Source of the DNA: Pavona decussata
Lineage: Eukaryota
Reading direction: 5' to 3'
DNA length: 64,000 nt
NCBI GenBank assembly: GCA_977016875.1
Contig: CDRNST010000310.1
Coordinates: 1,116,001 to 1,180,000, forward strand
The notes below the pieces were generated by a model. That model was not told where the DNA came from, ran no database searches, and saw nothing but the letters and a program-made list of their open reading frames with translations. Below, piece by piece: positions 53,081 to 64,000 of the stretch (positions within the stretch are counted from its first letter, which is position 1; each line of letters opens with the position of its first letter). A program made the translations under genes and the position numbers.

Positions 53081-53888
53081 CAGTACTGCTCAAATACAAG
53101 TTGAGAGTCTCCACTCAATCCTCAAAACTCGATTCTTGGGACGTTTGGGTTACAAGGCATGACAAACAAGAAGCAAGGAATTCTCAAACACGCAAACTCA
53201 AATAAACATTCAAGAAAACAATTTATTCCTCAAAGAAACAGCAATAGCCATTTGCACGCAAGATTGAAGTTTTGGTAGGTGTATCTTGCATCAATCAACT
53301 CCCAACATGTCATCATGAAACAACTCGGTGAAAAATTGACAATGCGTGCTTTTCAACCCGTTGAAAAAAATTGCTATTGCAGAGTACACCAAAACGTAAA
53401 TGTTTGTACAGACTACACATATAAATATTTTGAAGTGAATGGAAATCCAGAAATTTAGCTGTGAAACCCGTTCAAAACTCAGTTTAATTATTTATTTATT
53501 TTTTTTAGCTTTAGTTTACATGTGTTTTGACAGGAAAATTTTGCAGACTATTTATGCCCATCTATAACCTGCTAAACGAAAACACACAAACTCCCACATA
53601 TTGCAATTAAAATTGCCAAGTATTGATTCCTTAAAGACAACAAATCACATAGTGGTTCATTTATCCAGTACTTTATGGAATAAAACTGCAGTACTTGCAT
53701 CTCAAATTTCAACATGCTTTGACCTGAATGATATGTACAATGCTCATGAGTGCTGTCTTTCTGTCCAGTTTATTTCTCAAGAGATCAGTCAAGTAATGAT
53801 CTCATTAAATTTTCGACTTGAGACTCAATTCTCAAAATTGTGAAGTCCCAAATTGTTGGGACTATCAACTTACATTTGAGCAGTACTG
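53081..53888. mobile_element. TA-flanked non-autonomous DNA transposon in the PPP4R1 3' region
   Basis: TA|CAGTACTGCTCAAAT ... ATTTGAGCAGTACTG|TA. Confidence 0.75.
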
Positions 53889-56800
53889 TATATAATTATG
53901 TTGTAGTGCATTGTGTAGATTGCTCTCTTGGTGACAAGAATGGTTGTGATGATGATGATGATGATGATGTGAAGAGGAGGGGTGGGGAGATTTGACTATG
54001 ATGAGAAAATGTGTCTTTATGTTTGTCCAAGCTGGTACATGTATATTTCAGTTGTTCTGTTTACCCCAGCTGAATCATAATATTATTTCAACCCTAGCAT
54101 AGCTGCTGTTTACAAATTGATGAAGATCTTAGCCTTTACAACTGCCCCCTAGTACCATAAATAGTGAGCTTCCACAACAGGACGGCTGAGGGCAGGGGAC
54201 GGTGAAGTATTGTGGTGTGACCAACATGACATCTTAGTGCCTTCACATTTTTAGGCGCTTTGTGACTAAAACTGGTGTTCTTTCATCTGTGACAACGTGA
54301 AAACCATGAGTTGTAGGAATGTTGCAATCTAAAGTAATGAAAACTTGGCCATCACGTTGGACACAAGGACAATTTGCCGTCCCACCTCATCAGCCGTTCT
54401 GTGGAGTAAACTTGCTAATGTCTGCAGAACAGAGAGGAGAATAATTATGTATCTTGATGTTGGTGCTTGAATCTCGGTCAGATGCTCAAGGCAGCTAGGC
54501 TGTTGTATACTTCCGCTGTCTTTTTTTGTTTCTCTTTTAATTTGTAGGATCTTTCAGAAACCTCTGAAGGAGTGCCAGTTCAAGATTTGTCAGAGGAGCA
54601 GTAATGAAGAGATTCATTGTTATGAGTTCTCTAGTGGCCAGTAATTTAAAAACTTAATAATAATATTGTACATTTTCTAACCAAAGGAATTTGACATGGC
54701 AACCTAATTCCTGCACAAAATTGTGTTGAATAATAATTTAATTTAATGGCCCTGGTTGCTTTGTTTTAATTGAATGGGGGCAGCGAATGTAACTAATGAG
54801 CTATTGAGTGCATCCCAAGGAGTTATTTTAATAATTATTAGGCTAGGAATAATGTATGAAATGATAGTGGTTAATAATTTGTGGATAGCAGAGGAAACCA
54901 TGTTTCATAATGAAATTCAAGTTGTATTTTGTACAGTTGGATTCAGTTTGTTGTGTACAATTTTTGATGGTGTTATGCCATCGCTAAATTTTGACTTCAG
55001 AATCCACAGGCCGTATAAATCAGTTGATATATCTCATTCTATACTGTTTTTGAAATTTTAAGATGATATTGATCTGAATACTTACATCTTATGTATTTTT
55101 TGGACTTTTGTTTTATGTATTAATAATTAATAGTGTTTTCTGTTACAGTAGTGCAAAAAAGGGTTGGCATCAATTTTAATATATATTATACAGGGCATTC
55201 AATTGAATAAAATTCTGTGATTTAACTTAAGATTGGAAACTATCTGAACATTTTTGCAAGAATTGTCATCAATATGATTCTGACAATTTGGCCAAATGGC
55301 CTGTTTTATTGTTCCTTATTGCTTTCATTCAAATAATAATCATGCAGATTATATGGCAATGATTTCCAGGTACAATCATCCCTCTGGGCATTTGTTTTTA
55401 ATCTGTAGGCCAAAAAGGGCACCCCTTAGGCAATCTTGTAGCAGTGCATAGACTCTAAAATGATGTACACTCAGCTGTCTTCATCGTATGTGTTCATTTT
55501 GTTAACTTAGCAGTCATTGGGATTGACTGATGACATAACTCAAGTGTTTGTAGACGAACCTGTTATCTTTACGCTTTGAAATAAGTGCTGCCACAGGAGA
55601 AAAAAGAAATACTTTTGGCCATGTACCAACTTCCGGTCAGGTGTTGTTTTCATTTTGCTCAATAAACCATTCATGCAGGAAACATGAAACAAAGGCAAAC
55701 GACCCACATAGGAGCAGATTAAAGAACTGTTAAAATTGAGACTAATCATACATCAGCTGTACACCTTCATTTTAAAATGCCTAGATTTAGAAATGTAACA
55801 CAAACTTTAATCTAGTATGTATAATCTTGTATTTAGCCTGTGTTGCAGACCCTTGAAAATATATAGGGCGCAAAAAGCGAGGAACGCCAGGGAGGGAGAC
55901 ACGCGTCTCTCTCGTGTGGGCATGTCTCGCGCACCCTATATTTTTCATGTGTTTGCTACGCATGCTATCTCATATTCAGACCTGCTATATTATACTTGAG
56001 TATCAATTCCGTACAATGGACGCACACATACATGGCAGTGAACTACGAAATTAATAATATTTTTAACATCAGACCAGTTCTAAAAATTATTGGAAAGAAA
56101 AGAGTTTCTTTGAAATATGCACATTTTTTGAATATTATTTCTAATTTTACTACTCCCTGGCTTATGTCAAAGTAAAACTCTTCAGATTTGTTCTTAAATT
56201 ATGTTGAACATAGCTATTCAGTTTAGTTTTATACATTACAAATGAGTGACAACAATCTAAATATACTTATCAATATTAACAAATATTTTTCATTGAAGAA
56301 TAAGGAATCATTTAAGGACTTTGGCTCTCTGCCTTTTGGTCATCAGTACCAAACTTTAGATAAACTTCAGATATACTTCCACTTATATAGTATACTATTA
56401 TTATTTTTTGAAACAAATGTTTCGTCAAGATGGTAACTTAAAGCCCTGGGTGCTTCGTACAACTCTTAGTTCTTAAGTTCAAACTTGAAATGCTGATTTG
56501 TACTTGTGCTTGTCACTATATACCATTGAACTCTTGAAAGTGAAAAATAAATTTATTGTACATTAGCCTGCAGAGCTGGTAGGATGTCATGCAAAGGCAG
56601 ATCGATTAAGCCCCAAGAATGAACAGTGAAGCCACAAGGGCAATGGGGAGGAGGCAATTTGAGATTGTCACCTAGTGACTCCAACACCAAAACTTTATTA
56701 TTCACGCAGAAATTACTGCTGGCTATGCATGCATGTGGTAGGTTGTTGTGCCAACAAGTTGAACATGTCCAGTGTGAATATTAGTTGGCTGTTCACACTG

Positions 56801-59800
56801 GGCAGGCCAGTAGTGTGAACATCACTAACAATATACCATTTAAAGCACTATGAATCAGCATAGCATGATTACATTAGCTTTTTCAGACTCTAGTGGGATT
56901 GCAGTGAGACAACAGGGGAGCAAGAAAGTGTTTTTGGCCATTTTGTCAGATTATTAGGGAGTGTGAATGACTGGTAATGTTATTGAGGCCAATTTGTTTG
57001 GTTACTTAATAAAATATGTTATCATCTGCTAAATTGTGTACATTGTGTTAATACAGTCAAGTAGCTGAATAAAGATTATCAAAATTTTGGGTTGCGATGC
57101 TTTTTTCAAATGAAACCAATTTTGTTGTTGTATTCATGATAACATACCATAAACTGACAAAATCTATACAGGTTTTTCTGCTTGAGTTTGACAACATTAG
57201 TACTCAGTGGGTGAATGGTTGGGAAACCAGTACAGATAATTATTTGAGTTACAGTTCACATGCAAACTGGGAGACGTAGCTGATATTGCATTTCAGATTT
57301 TACAAAGCTGGGTTAAAGTTTACTGCTGATGTTAGTTGAAGGTGACTCCGATAACGAAATGATGTACAGGTACTCAATGGGGTTGCGGTTTTGGTAGCAA
57401 GCACAGCTGGAATGTACACACAGGGATTTTAAGGCAACTACCAGTGGTCAGAATATTTACCTCTGGGGTGAAATGAATTTAAGCCATACTCATTTTTGTG
57501 CCAGCTACTGACCGATCTTGGGAAATGTTTCATGTTTTCCCCCTATACTCTTGACTTTTGTCATATATTTTTATTTGCTATGTAATAATCTTAACTAATT
57601 TACTGCCTTGAGTGTATACATGCATAAATCATCTTGGGTAAATAGTTCTTTTTCCTACCAATGTAGTAGTTTTTTTTATACGTCCGATACTGGCATTATC
57701 AGTTGTTAATTTGTTTTATTTTAACTTGAGGGAGCCTAACATAAGCCTTATGGTTTCCTTTTAGGCTTCCCCGCCACTTTCTTTCTTTTTTGTAAACATG
57801 TATTTTTTTGTTCTCTACCTTATTCAAATGATAACATTTTTAGGTGAGTCACATTCCCCCTCTTCCTGGGGTAATATGACCTCCACTCCCCCCCCCCCCC
57901 CACCCCCTAAAAATGACCTGACAAGGGAAGGTGGGGGGTGTGTTATGAAGTAGCTCATGTACACTGCAAGAGAGGAAAGAAGAAAAGAAAAGTTGGAATG
58001 CTCTCCACTTGAATGACAAGCCTTATGATTGACAGTCGGTTGTAGTCTCTACATACAAGGGAGAGAGCTCAGGACTTGCTCTACCAATGATTTGTCAAAA
58101 AAAATTAATGGGCCAGGTATACTTTCTTGAAATAGAGGGACAACAGGATTTGATTATCACCTAATTACCCACACACTACCATTTTGCATTATTGTTAACG
58201 GAACTTTAGCTTCTGATAATAGCAACCGTGACAAAATCCAAATTGGTGGCACATGGGAAATTTAGTAAGTATGTAAGCAAGTTGTAGGTTTGTCATTATC
58301 ATTTGTGGTCAAATGCTAGCATCATTTGCCTATTTTATTTTTTATTTTATGTTTTTATTCATTTGCCACTTGGCATAACCAGAAAATTTTGGTTTTGTGG
58401 TAGTTGTAGTCAATTGACACCATATTTTTATGAAATATTTGCCCTATTACCATTCACTTGCCTCATTTACCAGCAATTATTGTTAGCAAGTTGAAGGTTT
58501 GATTAATGTAAAACAACTCTCATCATAGGCTTACCAGCAGCTTACAGATGAATACAACTTTTGTCTACCACTCTCTGCCAACAAAATGTCCCTCACAGCC
58601 AGAAAATAAGCAGAACCTTATTGATTTATACCGCTCAGGGCAGATGCATTATATTTGCATGTTACACACTACCTTTTCTTTCATAATAGTCTAGGTGAAA
58701 AAAAGCATAATTTTGCATAATTGTAGCATGTGAATGCGTCTAGAGAAGTTTACCCTTTCAAGGATGTACAGAAGTAGTTGTCAGGAAAACAGCATCACTG
58801 GCCAAGCCAAGAAGTTCAACCTTCCATCACTAATTCTTACTGTGAAAGCTCTCTTAATTTATTGCTCCAAGAGGTCAATGAACCACTCAAATTGTAAACA
58901 TGAAAGTTCGCTTTCACCGAGTTGTTCATCTCTTGATATAATTCAAATTTATACCGCAATTCAAGGTAAGTGTGAAATGTTCAAATTTTAGACTTCAGTC
59001 AGCTGAAATATTTTGCATGCTGAATTTAGCAAAAGTATGTTTCCTAAAGATCTGATTTTAACTTGAGGATTGTAAAAACACAATTTTCTCCAAAGAAACA
59101 TAGAGCATGACATGGGCAGTGATAACCCACTAACATTTTGGACGTGAAATGAAAGAATTCACTGCTTATTATTTTGAACTGCGGATGAAAATTAAAAAAT
59201 GAGTGGCCACCCTAGTTATGTAAGCAACTTATAATTAAGCAGCTACAAAAAGAAACCCTGAAAAAAATTCAGACTTGAATAGGATTCAATCCAGTGGCCT
59301 CTGCGATACTGGTGTGGTGCTCCGATTAAGCTACCAAGCCAAGTATTAAAGAGCCAGTCAGTTTGTGAGTTCATCATATATATACTGGGAGAGTTGAAGA
59401 TATGGAAGTGAAATCCACAGATTCTGAATGGTGTATGAAGGAATAGATAACTGAATGACCGTTGCAGTGATGTGTACACAACTACCAAGATAGGCACTCA
59501 TTTATCTAGTCCACTAACATTTCCTTTGCAAATTGGCTTGGACATAATGCACCCACCAATGTTGAAGCAGTGGTGGTGGACTTGTCGGCAACATCTACCA
59601 TTAAATCATTGATGACGCCCCCCTGTAAATTTGGTTTGGTTTCTTTTGATCATTTTACTGCGATTGCTGACTCAAAAACTAAATGAGCTGATTCGAAGGA
59701 AATAGTAGGGATAAAACAATAGTAAATATTTCCCGCTGCCCCTTTCCCCCACCCCCTCCCTCCAACCCTGTGCACCCCCCCCATCTACAACCTGACACAT

Positions 59801-59994
59801 ATATAAACAACCAAAGAATTGATTTTATCCCCACTTTTATGATAAAAGCTGAGGGTTTACAACTTTTGTTTTCGTCTCTTTTACATGTTATATGGCAGTA
59901 AAAAGTTTATTTCACTCTCCTACAAGATTTTAAATCATAGAAAAAGCGAACGCAACCTTTAAGATGGAAAGACACCAAGTTCCCACAACAGCTT

Positions 59995-60381
59995 TCAATG
60001 AGCGGCCTTGCTTCCCTTCTCTGATTTTTTAGGCAACAGAACAGCCTGAATGTTTGGCAACACACCACCCTGCGCGATCGTCACACCAGCCAACAGCCTG
60101 TTTAACTCTTCGTCGTTTCGAATTGCTAGTTGAAGATGGCGAGGGATAATTCTCGTTTTCTTGTTATCCCGGGCAGCATTGCCGGCCAATTCCAAGATTT
60201 CTGCCGAGAGGTACTCTAAGACTGCCGCCATGTAAACAGGAGCCCCAGCACCAACTCGCTCGGCGTAATTTCCCTTTCGTAACAAACGATGGATTCTGCC
60301 CACCGGAAACTGAAGCCCTGCTCTTGAAGAACGTGTCTTCGATTTGGTGCCCTTAGCTTTGCCTTTTCCCCGTCCTGACAT
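59995..60381 (-). CDS. H2A: Histone H2A, 128 aa (canonical-like core, no SQ motif)
   Basis: MSGRGKG...[32 protein letters not shown]...[17 protein letters not shown]. The true ATG is at 60381; the ORF-track N-terminal extension is upstream sequence. Confidence 0.97.
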   Translation of the reverse strand: MSGRGKGKAKGTKSKTRSSRAGLQFPVGRIHRLLRKGNYAERVGAGAPVYMAAVLEYLSAEILELAGNAARDNKKTRIIPRHLQLAIRNDEELNRLLAGVTIAQGGVLPNIQAVLLPKKSEKGSKAAH

Positions 60382-60786
60382 TTTTCTTCTCAAGTTTCTT
60401 TTCTTGCTTTGGCTGTGGTACAAAGAAGAAGGACGTCAATACAACAGTCAAAACTCGAAAATGCACGTACCGGAAGTGTTTGTTATCACCTGAATGAATA
60501 TTTTACAACAGTTATGGATCGAACGCACCAAGTTTCGTCCAATCAAACTCGCCAATGCTAACCGGAAGTAAAGGATGTGTACATTTACCTGCTCCCTCAG
60601 AGGTACGCATTCAAAATAAACCAATCACATTACAGTATTTTCGATCCCAGAGAATTTCGATCCTGGACCACTCGAATATAAATAGTGGAAGGCCAACCTC
60701 TGCAGTTTTCCCAAACTGAATTTAGTCGTTCCGTTCTTGGCTGGGCTAATTTGTGAACCGTATAGATTAAGAGCATTTACTTCAAT
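60382..60786. promoter_or_regulatory. Divergent H2A/H2B promoter region
   Basis: 405 bp containing three CCAAT boxes (~60539, ~60552, ~60621), two CCGGAAGT ETS sites (~60470, ~60562) and TATAAATA at 60677-60684. Confidence 0.6.
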
Positions 60787-61155
60787 ATGGCCCCAAAAGC
60801 TCGAGGAAAAAAGGGCGAAAAACACACCGAGAAAAAGCAAACTCTGCCGGGCGAGAAGAAAAGGCATAAGAAGCGAAGAGAAAGCTACGCGACTTACATT
60901 TACAAAGTTCTCAAACAAGTCCATCCAGACACTGGTATATCAACAAAAGCTATGAGCATCATGAACTCCTTCGTAAATGACATTTTCGAGAGAATTGCGG
61001 CGGAATCATCACGGTTGGCTCACTACAACAAAAAGTCGACGATTTCTTCGCGCGAAATTCAAACAGCTGTGCGCTTGCTTCTGCCGGGGGAGCTTGCCAA
61101 ACACGCCGTCAGCGAAGGAACAAAAGCTGTCACGAAATATACAAGTAGCAAATGA
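60787..61155 (+). CDS. H2B: Histone H2B, 122 aa, with a divergent N-terminal tail
   Basis: [42 protein letters not shown]...[26 protein letters not shown]. Confidence 0.97.
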   Translation: MAPKARGKKGEKHTEKKQTLPGEKKRHKKRRESYATYIYKVLKQVHPDTGISTKAMSIMNSFVNDIFERIAAESSRLAHYNKKSTISSREIQTAVRLLLPGELAKHAVSEGTKAVTKYTSSK

Positions 61156-62330
61156 ACAAGACTTTAGCAAGGAACAATGTTGTTGTTATTGAATTGTTCT
61201 TCGAGAACTCTGAGGGAAAGAATTGAACAGCGATGGCTTTCGTTTTGTGTTGAATTGGATAGCAGTGTGAGGTTGTTCCCGCTGTTATGCATTTCAAATT
61301 TCGCGGGAAATTTAAAGCCAGGAGAGGCCGGACTAAATGTTCACACTGTTAAAGATATTTGCTTTGCGGAAATCATTTGACATTGACTCCTGTGTCATAA
61401 ATGTAACTTAAATGTCGTATCGTTTATATTAATGCATGTGAACAGTGTGTGAGGTTGTTATACACAAGTTTTTAGTATACCTGTTCGAATTTCATCAAGA
61501 CAACTGACCGTATTCTCTAGCCTTTGTTTGATTTGTTTGCTGTGGAAAAAGATTGGTGGTGTATTAAAGCGCACAAGATAATTTCCATAAAACTAGTAAC
61601 TATGTTTGAAAGCACACCTCACAGATAGCATAACGACGGTCACGTTTCTGGGGGGAGGGGACTTTTTATTTTTAAATGATGAATTTTCAACAAAAGCTTA
61701 ATAAACTTTTCCGAAATGTTTCCACACAAATCATTGATAGGTATGGGTTGTGAATCACAGGATTCAAACCCATGACCTGTGTGACACCCTCTCACTTTGT
61801 AAAATATGCTCTGCACAGTTATCTAGAGTGGTGAGAGGTCGGGGGTTTGAATCATGTTCAAGCGTGAAAAATTCCTGGATTTGCCCTCCACCTGAGAAGT
61901 AATTCAATTTGTAAAACGTGGCTGAATTATCCCGTAACATGTTATTGGCAGCAACAGTGTTCAATTTCAGAAAAACTGAAAGAGAAATAAAATCACCGTC
62001 GTGTTCCTATGTTCTCCTTAAAACGTTGTGATTGGATCATTTTCAGGGGACGTCAAAGAAATGTACCACAATTCTATAACGCACCACGGGCATTTGACCG
62101 TGTACCGCACCGGGGGATTGGGGATCTGATCGGGGTGGGAAATTTTAACAGGTTTTTGGGAGTTAAAGTTTTGCAAGGACAGGATTTCGCCTCAGCTCTG
62201 TGAGCGAATGGCTCACTCGAAATGGCTTCAAAATAGCTTTTGAAGGGGTCATTTAATACATTAGTTTTTTAAACAATAAGCAAGGGACCGCAAAATGCTG
62301 CAAGTATACGCAGGATCTGTAAAAGATCTA

Positions 62331-62884
62331 TCGTGTAGCATGAAAATTTTGCGGGTTCTTATTTTTGCGGATTGACCACGATCCGCAAAAATTAGTTCCC
62401 GCAGAAAAAAATACCCGCAAAATAAAACGCCGCAAAAAATAACTCCCTTCAGTCAAATTGAAAACTTTGCTTGTAATAGACTTGTGCCACTGGGCGTTAT
62501 AAATTGGACTCAAACAAGAACACGGACATGATTTTCCATTGTAAAAGGCAACCAGAGCTTAGACACATACGGTCAGGTCTGTTTCGCAAACAAAACAATG
62601 TGTAAAGAACAGAAAATGTAAAGTATACAGTAATTCAGTACATTAGATTGGCACGAATGGAGTCATCTGAAGGAACACCATTTGCTAGGGCGTTTCCGAT
62701 GCCAGATCTTTTACATCCATTCTCAATGATTGCGGAAGTTTTCTGCTTCTTGAACAATGAATCGCAAAAATTAGTTCCCACCAGAAATTTCAGTCATCTC
62801 GAGCCGCAAAAATTTGTTCCCGCAAACTACAAAATATCGCCAATCCGCAAAATAAAACTCCCGCAAAATTTTCATGCTACACGG
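62331..62884. mobile_element. TA-flanked MITE with CCGCAAAA sub-terminal repeats
   Basis: TA|TCGTGTAGCATGAAAATTTTGCGGG ... CCCGCAAAATTTTCATGCTACACGG|TA. Confidence 0.8.
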
Positions 62885-62997
62885 TAATCAGTAAAAATAT
62901 AAATGACTCAAATTTCTGCAAGGCTGATCGGACTGCGTAGAAAACTTAACACGAAAGCGACATGATAGAGACCAAACCGAGAATCAATAGAATGCGA

Positions 62998-63045
62998 CAA
63001 CCGTGGACAGCTGTTTCGAGCTGGTTGGCTCTCGTCAGGACGGTG
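62998..63045 (-). ncRNA. Minimal type I hammerhead ribozyme motif (Penelope-like element remnant)
   Basis: Minus strand: CACCGTC-CTGACGA-GAGC-caacca-GCTC-GAAAC-AGCT-GTC-CACGGT. Intact catalytic boxes, 4-bp stem II, palindromic stem III, and stem I ACCGT/ACGGT with a C-C mismatch next to the cleavage site. Confidence 0.65.
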
Positions 63046-64000
63046 AAGTACAGCAAAAAGTGGAACAACCAACGCGAGTCGAGTGGTCTACCAAATGCAC
63101 GTGGTAGTGATTTCGGATGGGCCCAAATTCAGACATCCGTCCACGTTGAGTTTTCTACGCAGTCCGATCAGCCTCACTTTTTGGAAGAGAGGAGAGCGAC
63201 GCCATTCTGATTTATTGAGGGTAACTCTATCAGTGACTAAATGTCCCTGCTATCAACAGGAACCTTCCTAAAAACTATTAAACAACTACTGCTCTTATAC
63301 TACTCTTAAAACTACGAATAGTGATTGATTGCAACTGGGAAGAAATTTGTCCTCTAGGAGAGGTCTTGGAGCATTTGAGGGAAGGGCATTTGAACGGCTT
63401 TGTGGACCCCCGGGAGCGGGAATTTAAACAACCTATAATCTTCAAAAGTTCAAATTCCTGGGAGTGTTGAAGTTTCGAATTGATCGGCGCAGAATGCTTT
63501 TGGGATTTGACGTTCTCTTCGTTAGGTCCCTAATATATTGGGAGAATCTCCTGTATATGTAGGTTGTATACGATTTTGAATATGAGGGTGTTGTAGACGC
63601 GCAATTTTTTAAAGGCGAACGACCGCTGTACATTAGATCATGTAGAACCAGTAGGCCAAGCTGAGCAATGCATCATGTTCAAACATTGAAGGCCAGTTGA
63701 AGGACAAGATTTGGAGACGGGGAGGGGAACACAAATATCCTCTTCCTATTATCGTTAACACTCTACTGCCCGTTGAATGAGCCCGCTGCGACAGCGGTGA
63801 CAACAACGACCCCAAGTGAAACAATTGTTTTTTTAAATGAGCAAAAAACACTGCCTCTGCACGTGCAATATACATCTTGGTACATTTCTTTGCAGTCCTC
63901 TGCAAAACAACTACGTGAAATGACAAAATTCAAAGTTTTGCGGAGAATGTGTCGTTTTTCAGTTCTCTACCCTACCTATTCTCACTGCATATATAATGAG

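Noticed and set aside
59995-60030. H2A.X or macroH2A identity
   Set aside because: The C-terminus is KGSKAAH-stop, with no SQ(E/D)-hydrophobic motif and no macro domain
60382-60423. N-terminal extension of H2A ([14 protein letters not shown]) in the ORF track
   Set aside because: Starts at a non-ATG codon (TTG); the conserved MSGRGK start is at 60381, and the extension overlaps a probable splice acceptor
61196-61208. Histone stem-loop after H2B (GTTCT-TCG-AGAAC)
   Set aside because: A 5-bp stem with a 3-nt loop does not match the 6-bp stem, 4-nt loop GGYYCT-TTTN-AGRRCC consensus

Overview
Intron-rich, AT-rich eukaryotic (metazoan) genomic DNA. The MITE, SINE and Penelope-type repeat content resembles an anthozoan or stony coral, but that is an inference. 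Six protein-coding genes were reconstructed by hand from splice sites: (1) PRMT5 (minus strand, 22 coding exons, 626 aa), head-to-head with (2) PYURF/preY (plus, 2 exons, 112 aa), with only 67 bp between the start codons; (3) a two-exon minus-strand transcription factor whose 64-nt first exon, missed by the ORF track, encodes a perfect SNAG motif (MPRSFLVKR) and is in phase with a Cys/His-rich, C-terminal group-A bHLH exon, giving an unusual SNAG-bHLH fusion; (4) PPP4R1 (plus, 21 coding exons, about 1056 aa, long acidic C-terminal extension); and (5, 6) a solitary divergent H2A/H2B pair that lacks the histone stem-loop and has poly(A) signals. Introns and intergenic DNA contain many non-autonomous DNA transposons (some nested), an internally deleted hAT element, tRNA-derived SINE-like repeats, a 30-bp minisatellite bracketed by ~400-bp inverted repeats, a ~400-bp foldback next to a splice donor, and several minimal hammerhead-ribozyme-like motifs.
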